A stretch of DNA of 64,000 nt from an uncultured virus (IMG/VR IMGVR_UViG_3300005937_000013) (IMGVR_UViG_3300005937_000013); one strand, 5' to 3'. Shown: positions 9,693-18,919, counted from the stretch's first letter. Notes: generated by a model not told the origin, from the letters alone. Program-made: numbers and translations.

Positions 9693-11546
9693 CTACGTCG
9701 GAAGTAGCGCGCTATTGAGAATGACGTGTTCCTCATGTTCCAGAACCGCCAAGTCTGCCATTCGTCCAGCTAGACGCAGCGTGAGCTTATCACGAGTGAT
9801 CTCCTCGAGCCTTGCCATGCGCTCGCCCAGGACCTCGAACTGTCTCTCCTCCTTCGTGCCTGGCGCCACGAGATCGATGAGCGTGAGCGAGGTCCAGCGC
9901 TCGCTCCCGATCCTGTGGAACCGGTTGATGGTCTGGTAGTTGATGAGCATCGACCACGAGCGGTCCATCCGGACCATGATGGGCGCCCCGCTCATGTCGA
10001 CCCCGGTGCCTCCCGCCTTCATGGTGAACAGGAGTGCCCGGGTCTTGCCCTGCTCGAGCGCCAGGAGGGCCGCCTCCCTCGCCTCGTCGGTCATGCCCCC
10101 TACGAGGAGCATGTGGTCGATCTTCTCCTTCTCGAGTCGCAGGCTGGCAAGCTCGATCAGCTTCCTGCTCTCCGCGCAGGCCAGGACCGGGACCGCGGCC
10201 TCGTCCATCACCCGCAGTAGCTCGTCCACCTTGGGAGATGGCTCGGTCATGATGACCTGACCCGTGATTGGGTCTAGCTCGCACGTCGCCGAGGCAAACT
10301 GCAGAAGCCGCGTCTGCTTCGCCAGGTTGTTGGGAGCGACGAGGAGGTCATCCCCAACTTCCGCCATGAGGTGTTTCGCCATCTCCTTGTACGCCTTGGC
10401 CTGCTTGGGTGACATCGGGCATTCCCTCGTCTCCGGAACCACCGGCGGTAGCTGTGGTAACACCAGCGCCTTGGGCATGCGCCGAAATCTGGGGTCGAAG
10501 AAGCCAAAGAACTCTGCCCTCGTGTCTGGTCGTAGCCCCACGGTCACGATCTCACCGGTCCAGGTGTAGGACTGGAGACAGTACCGCTGGACGTGCGACG
10601 TCTTGCTGGGATACTCGTCGGGCCTCATCCCGTGCATGATGGGCCACAGGTCCTCGGGGTTGTCGGCGATGGGAGTACCGGTCAGGGCGTAGCAGAATCG
10701 AACAAGCTCCCCGCACATCACCCGCCAGATGGCCCTGGTCCGCTTGGCCTGCGGGTTCTTCATCATGTGGGCCTCGTCCACGATGACGGAGCGGAAGGGG
10801 ATTCGGTTCAGCTCCTTCTCGTGCAGCTCACACCGCGACTCCTTGAGGTTGGGGTCGCCCGTCTTGCGGTCACACTCAGCGCACTTGAGTAGCCGGATAT
10901 CCCCATAGCCGGAGAGACGGGAGTGGAGCTGGACCGCCTCCCAGTGGATGACGTAGACGTCTGCCTCGGTGTTGAGTGCCTGGCGGCGGTCAGTGGCGGT
11001 GCCACCGATGACGCTCACCTTTACGCCGGGGAACCACCGTTCCCAGTGTCGCTTCCACTGGAGCTTGGTGGAGTTGGGGACGACGCAGAGGATCGGGAAG
11101 ACCCGGTGTCCGTAGGCCCAGAGCCGCCGGAGCGCACAGATCGTCGTGACCGTCTTACCGGCACCCATCTCGTCTGCGAGGATTGCCTGCTGAGCAATCG
11201 CCAGAAACGCTGCACCCGCTCTCTGGAACGGCCAGAGCTTCTCGTCCCACGGCGTACGAGGGTCCGAAAGGCAGTCAGTCGAGAGACGGAGCGCGAGGCT
11301 AGGAGCGACTCGGCGTTCATACTCCTCTCGGAGCCAGGTGACGAACCCGTCTCCGATCTGGGCGGGGTAGTCGACGAAGATCCCCTGGAGCGCCATCCAC
11401 GTCGCGTACGTCCTGGGCGCGGTGTGGATCTTTCGCTTCGTGTCACTGAGTACTCCGGGGATCTGGTTGACGAGGTAGAGCTCGGTCAGGGCGGACTGGA
11501 CGGTCACCCTGTCGTCGTGTTGAGGGTCCAGCTCTACGATCGCCAC
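9693..11546 (-). CDS. SNF2-family SF2 helicase
   Basis: LWPFQ, ILADEMGAGKT, IVDEAH, LTGTP, NRFHRIG. Confidence 0.9.
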   Translation of the reverse strand: MAIVELDPQHDDRVTVQSALTELYLVNQIPGVLSDTKRKIHTAPRTYATWMALQGIFVDYPAQIGDGFVTWLREEYERRVAPSLALRLSTDCLSDPRTPWDEKLWPFQRAGAAFLAIAQQAILADEMGAGKTVTTICALRRLWAYGHRVFPILCVVPNSTKLQWKRHWERWFPGVKVSVIGGTATDRRQALNTEADVYVIHWEAVQLHSRLSGYGDIRLLKCAECDRKTGDPNLKESRCELHEKELNRIPFRSVIVDEAHMMKNPQAKRTRAIWRVMCGELVRFCYALTGTPIADNPEDLWPIMHGMRPDEYPSKTSHVQRYCLQSYTWTGEIVTVGLRPDTRAEFFGFFDPRFRRMPKALVLPQLPPVVPETRECPMSPKQAKAYKEMAKHLMAEVGDDLLVAPNNLAKQTRLLQFASATCELDPITGQVIMTEPSPKVDELLRVMDEAAVPVLACAESRKLIELASLRLEKEKIDHMLLVGGMTDEAREAALLALEQGKTRALLFTMKAGGTGVDMSGAPIMVRMDRSWSMLINYQTINRFHRIGSERWTSLTLIDLVAPGTKEERQFEVLGERMARLEEITRDKLTLRLAGRMADLAVLEHEEHVILNSALLPT

Positions 11547-11548
11547 CG

Positions 11549-12034
11549 CTACTCGTCCTCTAGGAGCTTGTAGCGTAGCACAAGCGATTCCCAGTATCCC
11601 TTGTCTGCCGCAGCGAGCGTCACCGCCAGGATCCTGGCCGCGTCGTTGGCGTGACCCTCGCCACCCCTGGTGTACCAGCCGAGCTTCTTGAGCGTGTCGT
11701 TGGGGGCGAAGTGCTTGGCGTCGCTCGCGCTATACAGGACGAAGTTGACCCGGGCCTTGTAGCACAGGTACCGGGCGCACCCGATCACCTCGAACGGCCA
11801 GTTGGTGTCTCCCCGGGACTCCCTGGCCATCTTCACGCTGATGACCTCACGCTCGGCGGACACCCAGATGGGGACGTGGGTGATCCTACACAGCTGGACT
11901 GTCTCGGCCACCGCGTCGACCACCTCGGTGAAGTGCAGCTCCTTGGCCGCGAACTCGCCCTTCTGGTTGAGCAGGGCGATCCCGGTGAGCTTGCCTGGGT
12001 CCAGGGCGATGATGTTGGTGTCGATCTGTCTCAC
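11549..12034 (-). CDS. RuvC-like Holliday junction resolvase
   Basis: IIALDPGKLTGIA, SAERE, HANDAAR (RNase H fold acidic residues). Confidence 0.75.
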   Translation of the reverse strand: MRQIDTNIIALDPGKLTGIALLNQKGEFAAKELHFTEVVDAVAETVQLCRITHVPIWVSAEREVISVKMARESRGDTNWPFEVIGCARYLCYKARVNFVLYSASDAKHFAPNDTLKKLGWYTRGGEGHANDAARILAVTLAAADKGYWESLVLRYKLLEDE

Positions 12035-12339
12035 GCCTTGTCGTCCTCGATCGTCAGCTCTCTAGCCTTGGCGGCCAGCTGTTCCGGTGACTGCTGCCAG
12101 GTGTCTCCACGGTTCTTGTAGACGTTGAACAGCGTAAGGAGGCACTGCTCGAACGTCTCACCCCGGATCTCGACGAAGTTGTGGAGCCACATCCGCAGCT
12201 CGTTGGGGTCTGAGCTGAACGAGGTCACCATGAAGTCGGTCTGCATGATCTGGTCGCTCGCTAACAACCGCACTCCACCACCGGGTATCTCACCACCCCA
12301 GATCACCCACTGTTTCGTCGGCTTGATGTACTTGGGCAT
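12031..12339 (-). CDS. Hypothetical protein
   Basis: TAATG-coupled to the polymerase. Confidence 0.55.
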   Translation of the reverse strand: MPKYIKPTKQWVIWGGEIPGGGVRLLASDQIMQTDFMVTSFSSDPNELRMWLHNFVEIRGETFEQCLLTLFNVYKNRGDTWQQSPEQLAAKARELTIEDDKA

Positions 12340-14153
12340 TACGTCTTACTCCCCCAGTTGGGTCCGAAGTCTGTGCTCGCGGTGAGGGGGACGGAGAACA
12401 GGTCGGGGTCCTCCATCACGCCCTGGGTCCCACCCGCCACCTCCGCCAGGTGTTCGTCAGGGGCATCCATCACCGCCTCGTCGTGACAGTCGAGCACCAG
12501 GTACTCACCGAGCCCCGCGGACTGAAGCTCGACGTTCTTCATCTTGAGCACCTCGGCTGCCATCCCCTGGATGAGGTAGTTGACGAGGGCGTAGTACCGC
12601 CCATCGTCGTTGATGAACCGCCGCCTAGTGAGCTGGGAGAGGACGTAGGCGGTACCCTCCTGGGCCTCTCGGTCTCTCGCGATCTGCTCCACCTGCCTGT
12701 TGAACGTCTCCATCCCCGGGTAGAGGGCGTCCATGCGACCCATGAAGTCGGCAGCAGACCGAACGTCGATGCCCGCGGTCTTGGCGAACTTGGGGATGCC
12801 AGATCCGTAGATCTTGGCGTACCCGGCGTTCTTGGTGGGTTGGCGTCGGGGGTCTGACTTCTCGATGGTGGGGTCAGCGAAGATCTCGCGGGCCATGTTG
12901 ACGAAGAAGTCACCCTCCCCGAACGCCCGAATGAGACCAGGATCCCGGGTGAGGTGGGCGTAGATCCTGAACTCGATCTGGTCGAAGTCACACATGACCA
13001 GCGTCCTGCCAGGGGAGGCCGTGATGCACCGTCTCACCGCGTTGGCAACGGGATTGTCGTTGGACTTCCGGGGAAGCTGCTGGAGCGGTGGGTCAGACAC
13101 GCTCATCCGCCCCGTCTTCGCACCATATCCAGATTCAGGGTCCTCCTCGTCGCCCTTGTGCTTGGTCGGGTTGAAGTTCGGGTGTATACGGCCGTCCACT
13201 GCCAGCTCGAGAAACTTGCTGAGGTAAGCCGAACACACTCGCTGTATCCTTCGCCGCTGTAGAACGACCTCTGCAAGCGGATGGTGGGTAGCCGCGACGA
13301 CCTCGAGAAGTACGTCCTTGTCCAGGGAGAGTCGTCCCGTCTTCTTCGTCGTCTTCGTGAACGTGTAAGTGGAATCGGGAATGTCACGCTGCAACCTGTC
13401 TATCACTCGTACGTCAGATCCTGCCTCAAACCCGTAGTTGTCGAGACACCACCGACTGGCCTGGTCCACATATCGTCTGAACTCGGTGAGCTTCTTCGCG
13501 GTATAGTCGAGATCTACCGTTACGCCCCGCCACATCATGTCGATGAGGACAAAGGACGTCGCCATCTCGAGATCGAGGGCGTTGGGACACTGCTGCCTGA
13601 GGATCGGGTAGTGGTGCTCGTGGACCCTAGCGGTCAGGATCGGGTCCATGCACGCGTACACCCAGTAGGGCTGGAAGTCGAGTGGGACGGTGTCCCACCC
13701 CCACCCGTGGAGCCTCATGGCGTCACGTAGGATGCGCTGGGACTGGGCGGCCTGCTTGTCTACCCACCGCTCCGCCACGGCCTTGAGACCGGTGGGCTTG
13801 TGGGGCTCGAGCAGGTGGGCCTCGATCCTGGTGTCGTGCATCCGGTGACGGGGGAGCTTCACCCCTGCCCACTTCTCGAACATCATCAGGTCGAACGGGA
13901 GGTTGTGCATCACGATCTCCCCGCGGTACTCCCTGAGCACCTCGAGGATGGCCCCACCCCACAGGTGCCAGGGGAGAGCCCATGCCTCGTGGGCATTCCC
14001 GATCTGGAGTAGTCGGGGACGGTGCCGGTACCACTGGAGTCCCTCAGTCTCGATGTCCACAGCGAGGTACGGGTGGTTCTGGGACATCCACCGCTTCAGC
14101 TCCCCGACCTCGTCGATCGAGTCAACCAGGTGGAGGTTGACGTCGAGGGTCAT
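12339..14153 (-). CDS. polA: Family A DNA polymerase (3'-5' exonuclease plus polymerase, no 5'-3' exonuclease)
   Basis: ExoI VDIETEG, ExoII HNLPFD, TGRMS, motif A DFDQIEFR, motif B RQPTKNAGYAKIYG, motif C HDE. Confidence 0.93.
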   Translation of the reverse strand: MTLDVNLHLVDSIDEVGELKRWMSQNHPYLAVDIETEGLQWYRHRPRLLQIGNAHEAWALPWHLWGGAILEVLREYRGEIVMHNLPFDLMMFEKWAGVKLPRHRMHDTRIEAHLLEPHKPTGLKAVAERWVDKQAAQSQRILRDAMRLHGWGWDTVPLDFQPYWVYACMDPILTARVHEHHYPILRQQCPNALDLEMATSFVLIDMMWRGVTVDLDYTAKKLTEFRRYVDQASRWCLDNYGFEAGSDVRVIDRLQRDIPDSTYTFTKTTKKTGRLSLDKDVLLEVVAATHHPLAEVVLQRRRIQRVCSAYLSKFLELAVDGRIHPNFNPTKHKGDEEDPESGYGAKTGRMSVSDPPLQQLPRKSNDNPVANAVRRCITASPGRTLVMCDFDQIEFRIYAHLTRDPGLIRAFGEGDFFVNMAREIFADPTIEKSDPRRQPTKNAGYAKIYGSGIPKFAKTAGIDVRSAADFMGRMDALYPGMETFNRQVEQIARDREAQEGTAYVLSQLTRRRFINDDGRYYALVNYLIQGMAAEVLKMKNVELQSAGLGEYLVLDCHDEAVMDAPDEHLAEVAGGTQGVMEDPDLFSVPLTASTDFGPNWGSKT

Positions 14154-14619
14154 GTTCCACCACCTTCGTGACCTTGAGCTCGGGGTTCCACTTGGCCCTC
14201 GGGATCAGGACCTCCTTGAACCGGGTGTTCGACATGTCAGCCGGGACGATGATCCAGCCCTTGTGTCTCCAGACCATCTCGTATGACTCGAGGGTGACCC
14301 GACCGGTCATCCCCAGTGAGGTGGGGTGGGTGATCTCGACCCACCTGGTCGGCTCGATCTCAGCGGTGGTGGGTGGTGGGATCGGTCTCTCGAGCCCCAG
14401 GTCCACCCGGGCCTGTCTCATGGCCTCCCGCTTGTCAGCGGCAGTGAGTCGTATGGACCAGGGACACTCGTCCCCCTCGCCCCGCAGCTCGCGGTGCCGC
14501 CTGAGGAGCTGTTCCTTGGACTCCTCGCCCCTGCTCTCGAGGTGCCACCACGTCGCGAGTACACACCAGATGATCCAGATGACACCGGCAACGATGACGC
14601 TAACCAGCAACGACGACAT
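14122..14619 (-). CDS. Membrane-anchored hypothetical protein
   Basis: N-terminal hydrophobic helix LLVSVIVAGVIWIIWCVLA. Confidence 0.55.
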   Translation of the reverse strand: MSSLLVSVIVAGVIWIIWCVLATWWHLESRGEESKEQLLRRHRELRGEGDECPWSIRLTAADKREAMRQARVDLGLERPIPPPTTAEIEPTRWVEITHPTSLGMTGRVTLESYEMVWRHKGWIIVPADMSNTRFKEVLIPRAKWNPELKVTKVVEHDPRRQPPPG

Positions 14620-15076
14620 CGAACACCCTCAGACCCGAGTCCTCGAGCAGTGCCCTGGTCTTCTCGGGGTTCCTGTGTGCGTCCGCCTCCTCGTCCACGT
14701 TGACCAGCATCACCGACTCGAGACCGGAGTTGGCGATGGCCTTGGCGCAGATGTAGCACACCGATCCGGTCACGTAGATGGACCCACCCTCCCGGTCGAT
14801 CCGTGACGAGTGCATCAGAGCGTTGATCTCAGCGTGGTTGGAGGGACAGTCGGTGTACGTCCCGGGTGGCGACTTCCCTGCTCCCACGCGACACCAGTCC
14901 TCACAGTGGTCGGTGCTGGCGTACTTCCAGTCTGCCGGGGGACCGTTGTAACCTGAGGCCACCACGAAGTTCTTGGCGCTGACAATCACAGCCCCGATCT
15001 TGGCCCGGTCACAGCGACTTCGCTGGGCCATGGCGAGCGCCAGCTGACCCCACGTCTGAGCCCACGTCTGTCTCAT
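14600..15076 (-). CDS. dCMP deaminase
   Basis: RSRC...IGAVIV...SGYNG...HAEINAL...CYICAK; start MRQTW at 15076 by ATGA overlap. Confidence 0.88.
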   Translation of the reverse strand: MRQTWAQTWGQLALAMAQRSRCDRAKIGAVIVSAKNFVVASGYNGPPADWKYASTDHCEDWCRVGAGKSPPGTYTDCPSNHAEINALMHSSRIDREGGSIYVTGSVCYICAKAIANSGLESVMLVNVDEEADAHRNPEKTRALLEDSGLRVFDVVVAG

Positions 15077-15258
15077 CGCTTCTTCTCCCGGTACTCCCTC
15101 ATGTACTCCGTGTTTGCTTGCTTGTCTCGGTACCGTGTTCCCCGGCTGAGGTGACACGCCTTACAGTTCGGTCGCAAGCCATCGGACTTTGACGCGTCCT
15201 TGTAGAAGGAGGCGAGGGGCTTTGCGATACCGCACTGCGAGCAGACCTTGGTGATCAC
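15073..15258 (-). CDS. Stand-alone Zn-finger of the type found N-terminal to HNH/EndoVII homing endonucleases
   Basis: KVCSQCGIAKPLASFYKD...GLRPNCKAC; 61 aa, no nuclease domain. Confidence 0.6.
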   Translation of the reverse strand: MITKVCSQCGIAKPLASFYKDASKSDGLRPNCKACHLSRGTRYRDKQANTEYMREYREKKR

Positions 15259-16124
15259 CGGGTGAGCTTCTCGAACTTTCGCCGTTGAAGGTCCTGCATC
15301 ACCTGCATGTACCGGTCCTCGGTCTCGGTCAGCTGGTTGGTGAACAGCTGCCCGTTGGTACCGGGAGTGTGTCCATATCCGAGGAGTGCAGCTCGCCAGA
15401 AGCTCTTGAACCCGAACCACTCGTCCGGTGGACCGGTGGGATCGTGGAGGTTCTCGATGGCCTCCCAGTCCCGCTCGTAGGCGTGGAGACTCACGGGTCG
15501 GTGGACCAGGGGACCCACCGTGCACTCGAGCATGTTGGCGATGGTCCACTGGAGCTGCCCGAACTGGAACAGGTCGTAGGCGAGCCCGAGCCACACGTCG
15601 TTGGACCGCATGTCCGTGAAGCAGATCAGCTGGTCCTTTCGGATGAGGAACTGGAGCGCCACGGTGCAGGGGTAGTCGAGCTTGTCCCGCATGTTGTCCT
15701 TGTGCGGGTCCCACAGGGTGATCACGGCCTGGCGAGACTCGGGGTCCCGCTGGAGCTTTCGGACCACGTCAGCACCCTGGGTGTTGATCCGGTTCCCATA
15801 GGCCCCGTGCATCTTCCTGTTGTCGGGCTCACGGAACTGCTCGAAGTGTTCCGAGGCCATCACCATCAGCTCGGGGTCGTGGAACCCTCCACACAGCTGG
15901 ACCGCCTCCGTCGTCGCCACCTCGGTGCTCACCCTCCTCCCGATCAGGGTGGGGAGCGCACAGTGGGGCCGCTCGAGGATGACGGTGAACCCGAGTAGCT
16001 CCGCGGTCCTCATCCCCCTGGGTGAGACGTCAGACCCGTACTCGAGCACGGTCATGCAGATCTGCCGGTACGCCTCCTGGAGGGTGCCGGTGGTGATCAG
16101 GACAGGTCGCTCTACGGTCGCCAT
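15255..16124 (-). CDS. Thymidylate-synthase homologue, dCMP-type (hydroxymethylase/methylase)
   Basis: DYPC(153), MRSNDVWLGLAYD(184), SLHAYE; Asp at the base-specificity site. Confidence 0.82.
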   Translation of the reverse strand: MATVERPVLITTGTLQEAYRQICMTVLEYGSDVSPRGMRTAELLGFTVILERPHCALPTLIGRRVSTEVATTEAVQLCGGFHDPELMVMASEHFEQFREPDNRKMHGAYGNRINTQGADVVRKLQRDPESRQAVITLWDPHKDNMRDKLDYPCTVALQFLIRKDQLICFTDMRSNDVWLGLAYDLFQFGQLQWTIANMLECTVGPLVHRPVSLHAYERDWEAIENLHDPTGPPDEWFGFKSFWRAALLGYGHTPGTNGQLFTNQLTETEDRYMQVMQDLQRRKFEKLTR

Positions 16125-17080
16125 GACAGCAGGTCCTCTCCGAACAGGGCGGCCTCACGGAGGATCCGCCGGTACACGACCTTGTGGTCGTGGTAGAACC
16201 GCCGCCAGTACTGCGGGTGTGGGACCGTCCCGTGCTTCCAGCTGATCTCCGACACCGCGTTGTGTGCCTCCTTCCCGAGAGCCACCACGTTGGGATAGTC
16301 GAGCGCTGCTAGGAGTCCAGTCAGGTCCTCCTCGAGGGCGTTGGCGATCCCGGCCTTGACCCGGAGCTCGGGTGGGAGGTTGGACAGGAGGTAGTGGCCG
16401 GAGTTTCCCGTGGGTACCGGGACGAAGGCAGCCTCCCACCGGTCGTCCGGCCTGGTGTTCCGCTGTTCCCCCAGTAGGAGGTACTCGGGCTTGGGTGGTC
16501 CGATGTACGTGGGAAACTCCTCGAGGGGACGGGCAGCGAGGTCGAGATCCCACGCGTAGCTCATCATCTCACGGAGGAGCTTGACGTCCTCCTGCGTGTT
16601 CTGCCCCCAGTACCCGATCCTCGTCCTGGTGGCAGTGTCCCAGAGCACGTCCATGTACTCGTGGAGGACCAGCTCCACCTGGTCGTCCGCCAGTAGGTCC
16701 ATCTCCCCACGTCTCTTACGTCGCTCGATGATCTCGAGAGGTGGGGCGGTCAGGTGGACCACCAGGGCTCCTCGGCTCCTCAGGAACATCTCGAGGTGGG
16801 TAAGTCTCGCCAGGTCCAGTCTCGACGTACCTCGGAGGATGGGACCGTAGATCAGCTCTCCCACGTGCCACCGGTCGCACACCACGTGCGTGTGCTGTCC
16901 TGGCCGGTAACCCTGGATGGCAAGCTCGTACTCCTCGAGGATGTCGAGCTCCGGGTCCGGGGGACCTGCCTTGAGCTTCTCGACGTCGTCGTGATGCTCG
17001 ATGGACGTGATGAGGTGGGTCAACTGCTCCACGAACGTGGACTTCCCCACACCGTCGACGCCCTCGACGATGACCAGCAT
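16112..17080 (-). CDS. dNMP (thymidylate-type) kinase fused to a UDG-like domain
   Basis: EGVDGVGKST P-loop, VCDRW; C-terminal YLLLGEQ...SGHYL...VVALGKEA...VPHPQY (UDG-superfamily pattern). Confidence 0.75.
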   Translation of the reverse strand: MLVIVEGVDGVGKSTFVEQLTHLITSIEHHDDVEKLKAGPPDPELDILEEYELAIQGYRPGQHTHVVCDRWHVGELIYGPILRGTSRLDLARLTHLEMFLRSRGALVVHLTAPPLEIIERRKRRGEMDLLADDQVELVLHEYMDVLWDTATRTRIGYWGQNTQEDVKLLREMMSYAWDLDLAARPLEEFPTYIGPPKPEYLLLGEQRNTRPDDRWEAAFVPVPTGNSGHYLLSNLPPELRVKAGIANALEEDLTGLLAALDYPNVVALGKEAHNAVSEISWKHGTVPHPQYWRRFYHDHKVVYRRILREAALFGEDLLSWRP

Positions 17081-17128
17081 GTCCAGCTCCTTCCCGCCCG
17101 GACCTGTCTCGGTCCGTGTGGCGAGGGC

Positions 17129-17548
17129 CTAGGCTACCACACCGATGCCCCTGACCTCACACTCCGCTGCCAGGGGCACGTCGTACTGCATCGCCATCAG
17201 GAGCGCGTTCCTGGCCACGACGGAGATGTACCTCTCCTTGTCCCGGTTCCGCCTGTGTAGACACTCGATCACCCACAGGGGCGAGCTGGTGCGCTCCACC
17301 TTCCCGATGGTCCTCTCACCAGGAACGAGGGAGAACCCCTCCGACACCACGGCGTACCGCCTGGCCACGTCGGGGTCCTCACTCCGCAGGATGGTGACCC
17401 GGGTCCACCTGCACGCCGAGCACCTCTGCCCGCTCGGGACGTGGTTGCCCCGGTGAGCGTGGGTGAACCGACGCGAGGAGGTCTGGGCGAGGAGCGTCCC
17501 CTCGACCTGCTCCGGTCCCGCGTCGGTGTCAACCACGAACCTGACCAC
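17129..17548 (-). CDS. Hypothetical protein with CSACRW motif
   Basis: GTG at 17548 overlaps the upstream TAG. Confidence 0.55.
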   Translation of the reverse strand: MVRFVVDTDAGPEQVEGTLLAQTSSRRFTHAHRGNHVPSGQRCSACRWTRVTILRSEDPDVARRYAVVSEGFSLVPGERTIGKVERTSSPLWVIECLHRRNRDKERYISVVARNALLMAMQYDVPLAAECEVRGIGVVA

Positions 17549-17742
17549 TACCGGTCCTGTCTGAGTCTCCGCATCATGACCGGTGCGTCCCCGTGAGCCT
17601 CCCTCGGACGCAGCACCTCCCCGTCCTGCAGCTTGGCCCGGAGCCGGTCCTTCTCGTGGGTGAGCCGGGTGATCTCGACCATGAGAGCGGCGTTGATCAG
17701 CAGACTGACGAGTAGGACGATGAGGAGGGCGGTGGTCATCAC
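17548..17742 (-). CDS. Small membrane protein (lysis-cassette associated)
   Basis: One N-terminal TM helix followed by coiled coil. Confidence 0.55.
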   Translation of the reverse strand: MMTTALLIVLLVSLLINAALMVEITRLTHEKDRLRAKLQDGEVLRPREAHGDAPVMMRRLRQDR

Positions 17743-18089
17743 ATCCCCATCGGCTGGTCGGTGGTACCACCCAGGGGTGGCTCACCGGCGGAGTCGGTCC
17801 CGTCCACCGCCTTCTTGAAGTCGTAGGCGAACGAGGCCCCCGACCCGAGTGCCAGACCAGCTAGCACCTGGGACCACGTGTCGAGGTCACTCAGGGCAGT
17901 CTGGCCCCACACCGCGATGTTCTCGGCTACGTCCGCCTGAGCCGCCACCAGGATGACCACGATCCCAGCAACCCATGGGATCACCTGGGTGACCGCCTCC
18001 CGGAACTGTCCTCCACTCACGTACTTGAGCACCGAGGTGATCTTGACGAGAAACGCCGACAAGGTCGCCGCCGTGAATACCTCCATCAC
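17739..18089 (-). CDS. Putative holin
   Basis: 116 aa, three hydrophobic segments, GLALGSGASFAYD, charged C-terminus, downstream of lysins. Confidence 0.65.
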   Translation of the reverse strand: MMEVFTAATLSAFLVKITSVLKYVSGGQFREAVTQVIPWVAGIVVILVAAQADVAENIAVWGQTALSDLDTWSQVLAGLALGSGASFAYDFKKAVDGTDSAGEPPLGGTTDQPMGM

Positions 18090-18104
18090 TCCTCCGTTTC
18101 ATTT

Positions 18105-18665
18105 CTAGTCGGCTGCACAGATGAGCACGTCGAGCTGTCCACCGGGGGTGTTGAGCGTGATCGGCATGAAGTGGTAACCGGCAGGGCAGGTGAACGTGAT
18201 CGGGTCGTTGGGATCCGGGTCGTTGATCTCAGGATCCTGAATCTCAGGGTCCTGTACCTCGAGGTCCTGGACCTCCGGGTTCTGCATCTCCGCGTCCTGA
18301 GCTTCCGGGTCCTGGACCTCACCATCATCCGGATCAGGATCGTTCGGATCTCCGTCCTGAACCTCCCCGTCCTGGGGTTCAGGATCCTGGATCTCCGGGT
18401 CCTGTATCTCCGGGTCCTGGATCTCAGGATCGTCCGGGTCCAGCGATGGGATCGGAAACGTCGTGGTCGTGGTCCCCGGTGTGGTGGTCGGAGGCACGGT
18501 GAACGTCGTGGTTGTCGGTTGTCCCTCGGGTGCCTCAGGACTCGCCGCGGTGGTGTCAGCGTTTGTGAGTGCCTGCCAGGCGAAGGTACCGGCCACCGCA
18601 CCACCCGAGAGCGCGGCCGCCACCGCCAACGACACGATGACCATAGTCGGGCTCGCGAGCTTCAC
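18105..18665 (-). CDS. Exported protein with Thr-rich linker and acidic DPE(I/V)Q pentapeptide repeats
   Basis: Signal/TM N-terminus, TTTT tracts, repeated DPEIQ/DGEVQ/DPND units, C-terminal two-Cys domain. Confidence 0.65.
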   Translation of the reverse strand: MKLASPTMVIVSLAVAAALSGGAVAGTFAWQALTNADTTAASPEAPEGQPTTTTFTVPPTTTPGTTTTTFPIPSLDPDDPEIQDPEIQDPEIQDPEPQDGEVQDGDPNDPDPDDGEVQDPEAQDAEMQNPEVQDLEVQDPEIQDPEINDPDPNDPITFTCPAGYHFMPITLNTPGGQLDVLICAAD

Positions 18666-18913
18666 AGCTCGTCTCCTTCAGACGGTCGCTTGCCAAGGTC
18701 GTTCACCATGGAGGTCTTCCCAGCGAGCAACCCGAGCAGCGAGCCGAGGATGAGTGTGATGACGGAGACCAACGCTCGGACCACACCCGCTGTGTCGGCC
18801 TTGGGATCAGTGATCTCGACCACGACGATCACGGCACCGAGACCGAGGATGACGAGCGCCACGACAAGCGTGAACATGATCACCATGATCTCGATGACAG
18901 ATCGGTTTCTCAT
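18662..18913 (-). CDS. Two-TM membrane protein
   Basis: Two long hydrophobic helices. Confidence 0.6.
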   Translation of the reverse strand: MRNRSVIEIMVIMFTLVVALVILGLGAVIVVVEITDPKADTAGVVRALVSVITLILGSLLGLLAGKTSMVNDLGKRPSEGDEL

Positions 18914-18919
18914 CTTAGC

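Noticed and set aside
12339..14153. PolA as a DpoZ (Z-genome) polymerase
   Set aside because: No purZ or datZ in the window; the neighbouring enzymes are pyrimidine-directed
18200..18440. Short tandem repeats as a possible CRISPR array
   Set aside because: 15-bp in-frame coding repeats (DPEIQ) with no unique spacers
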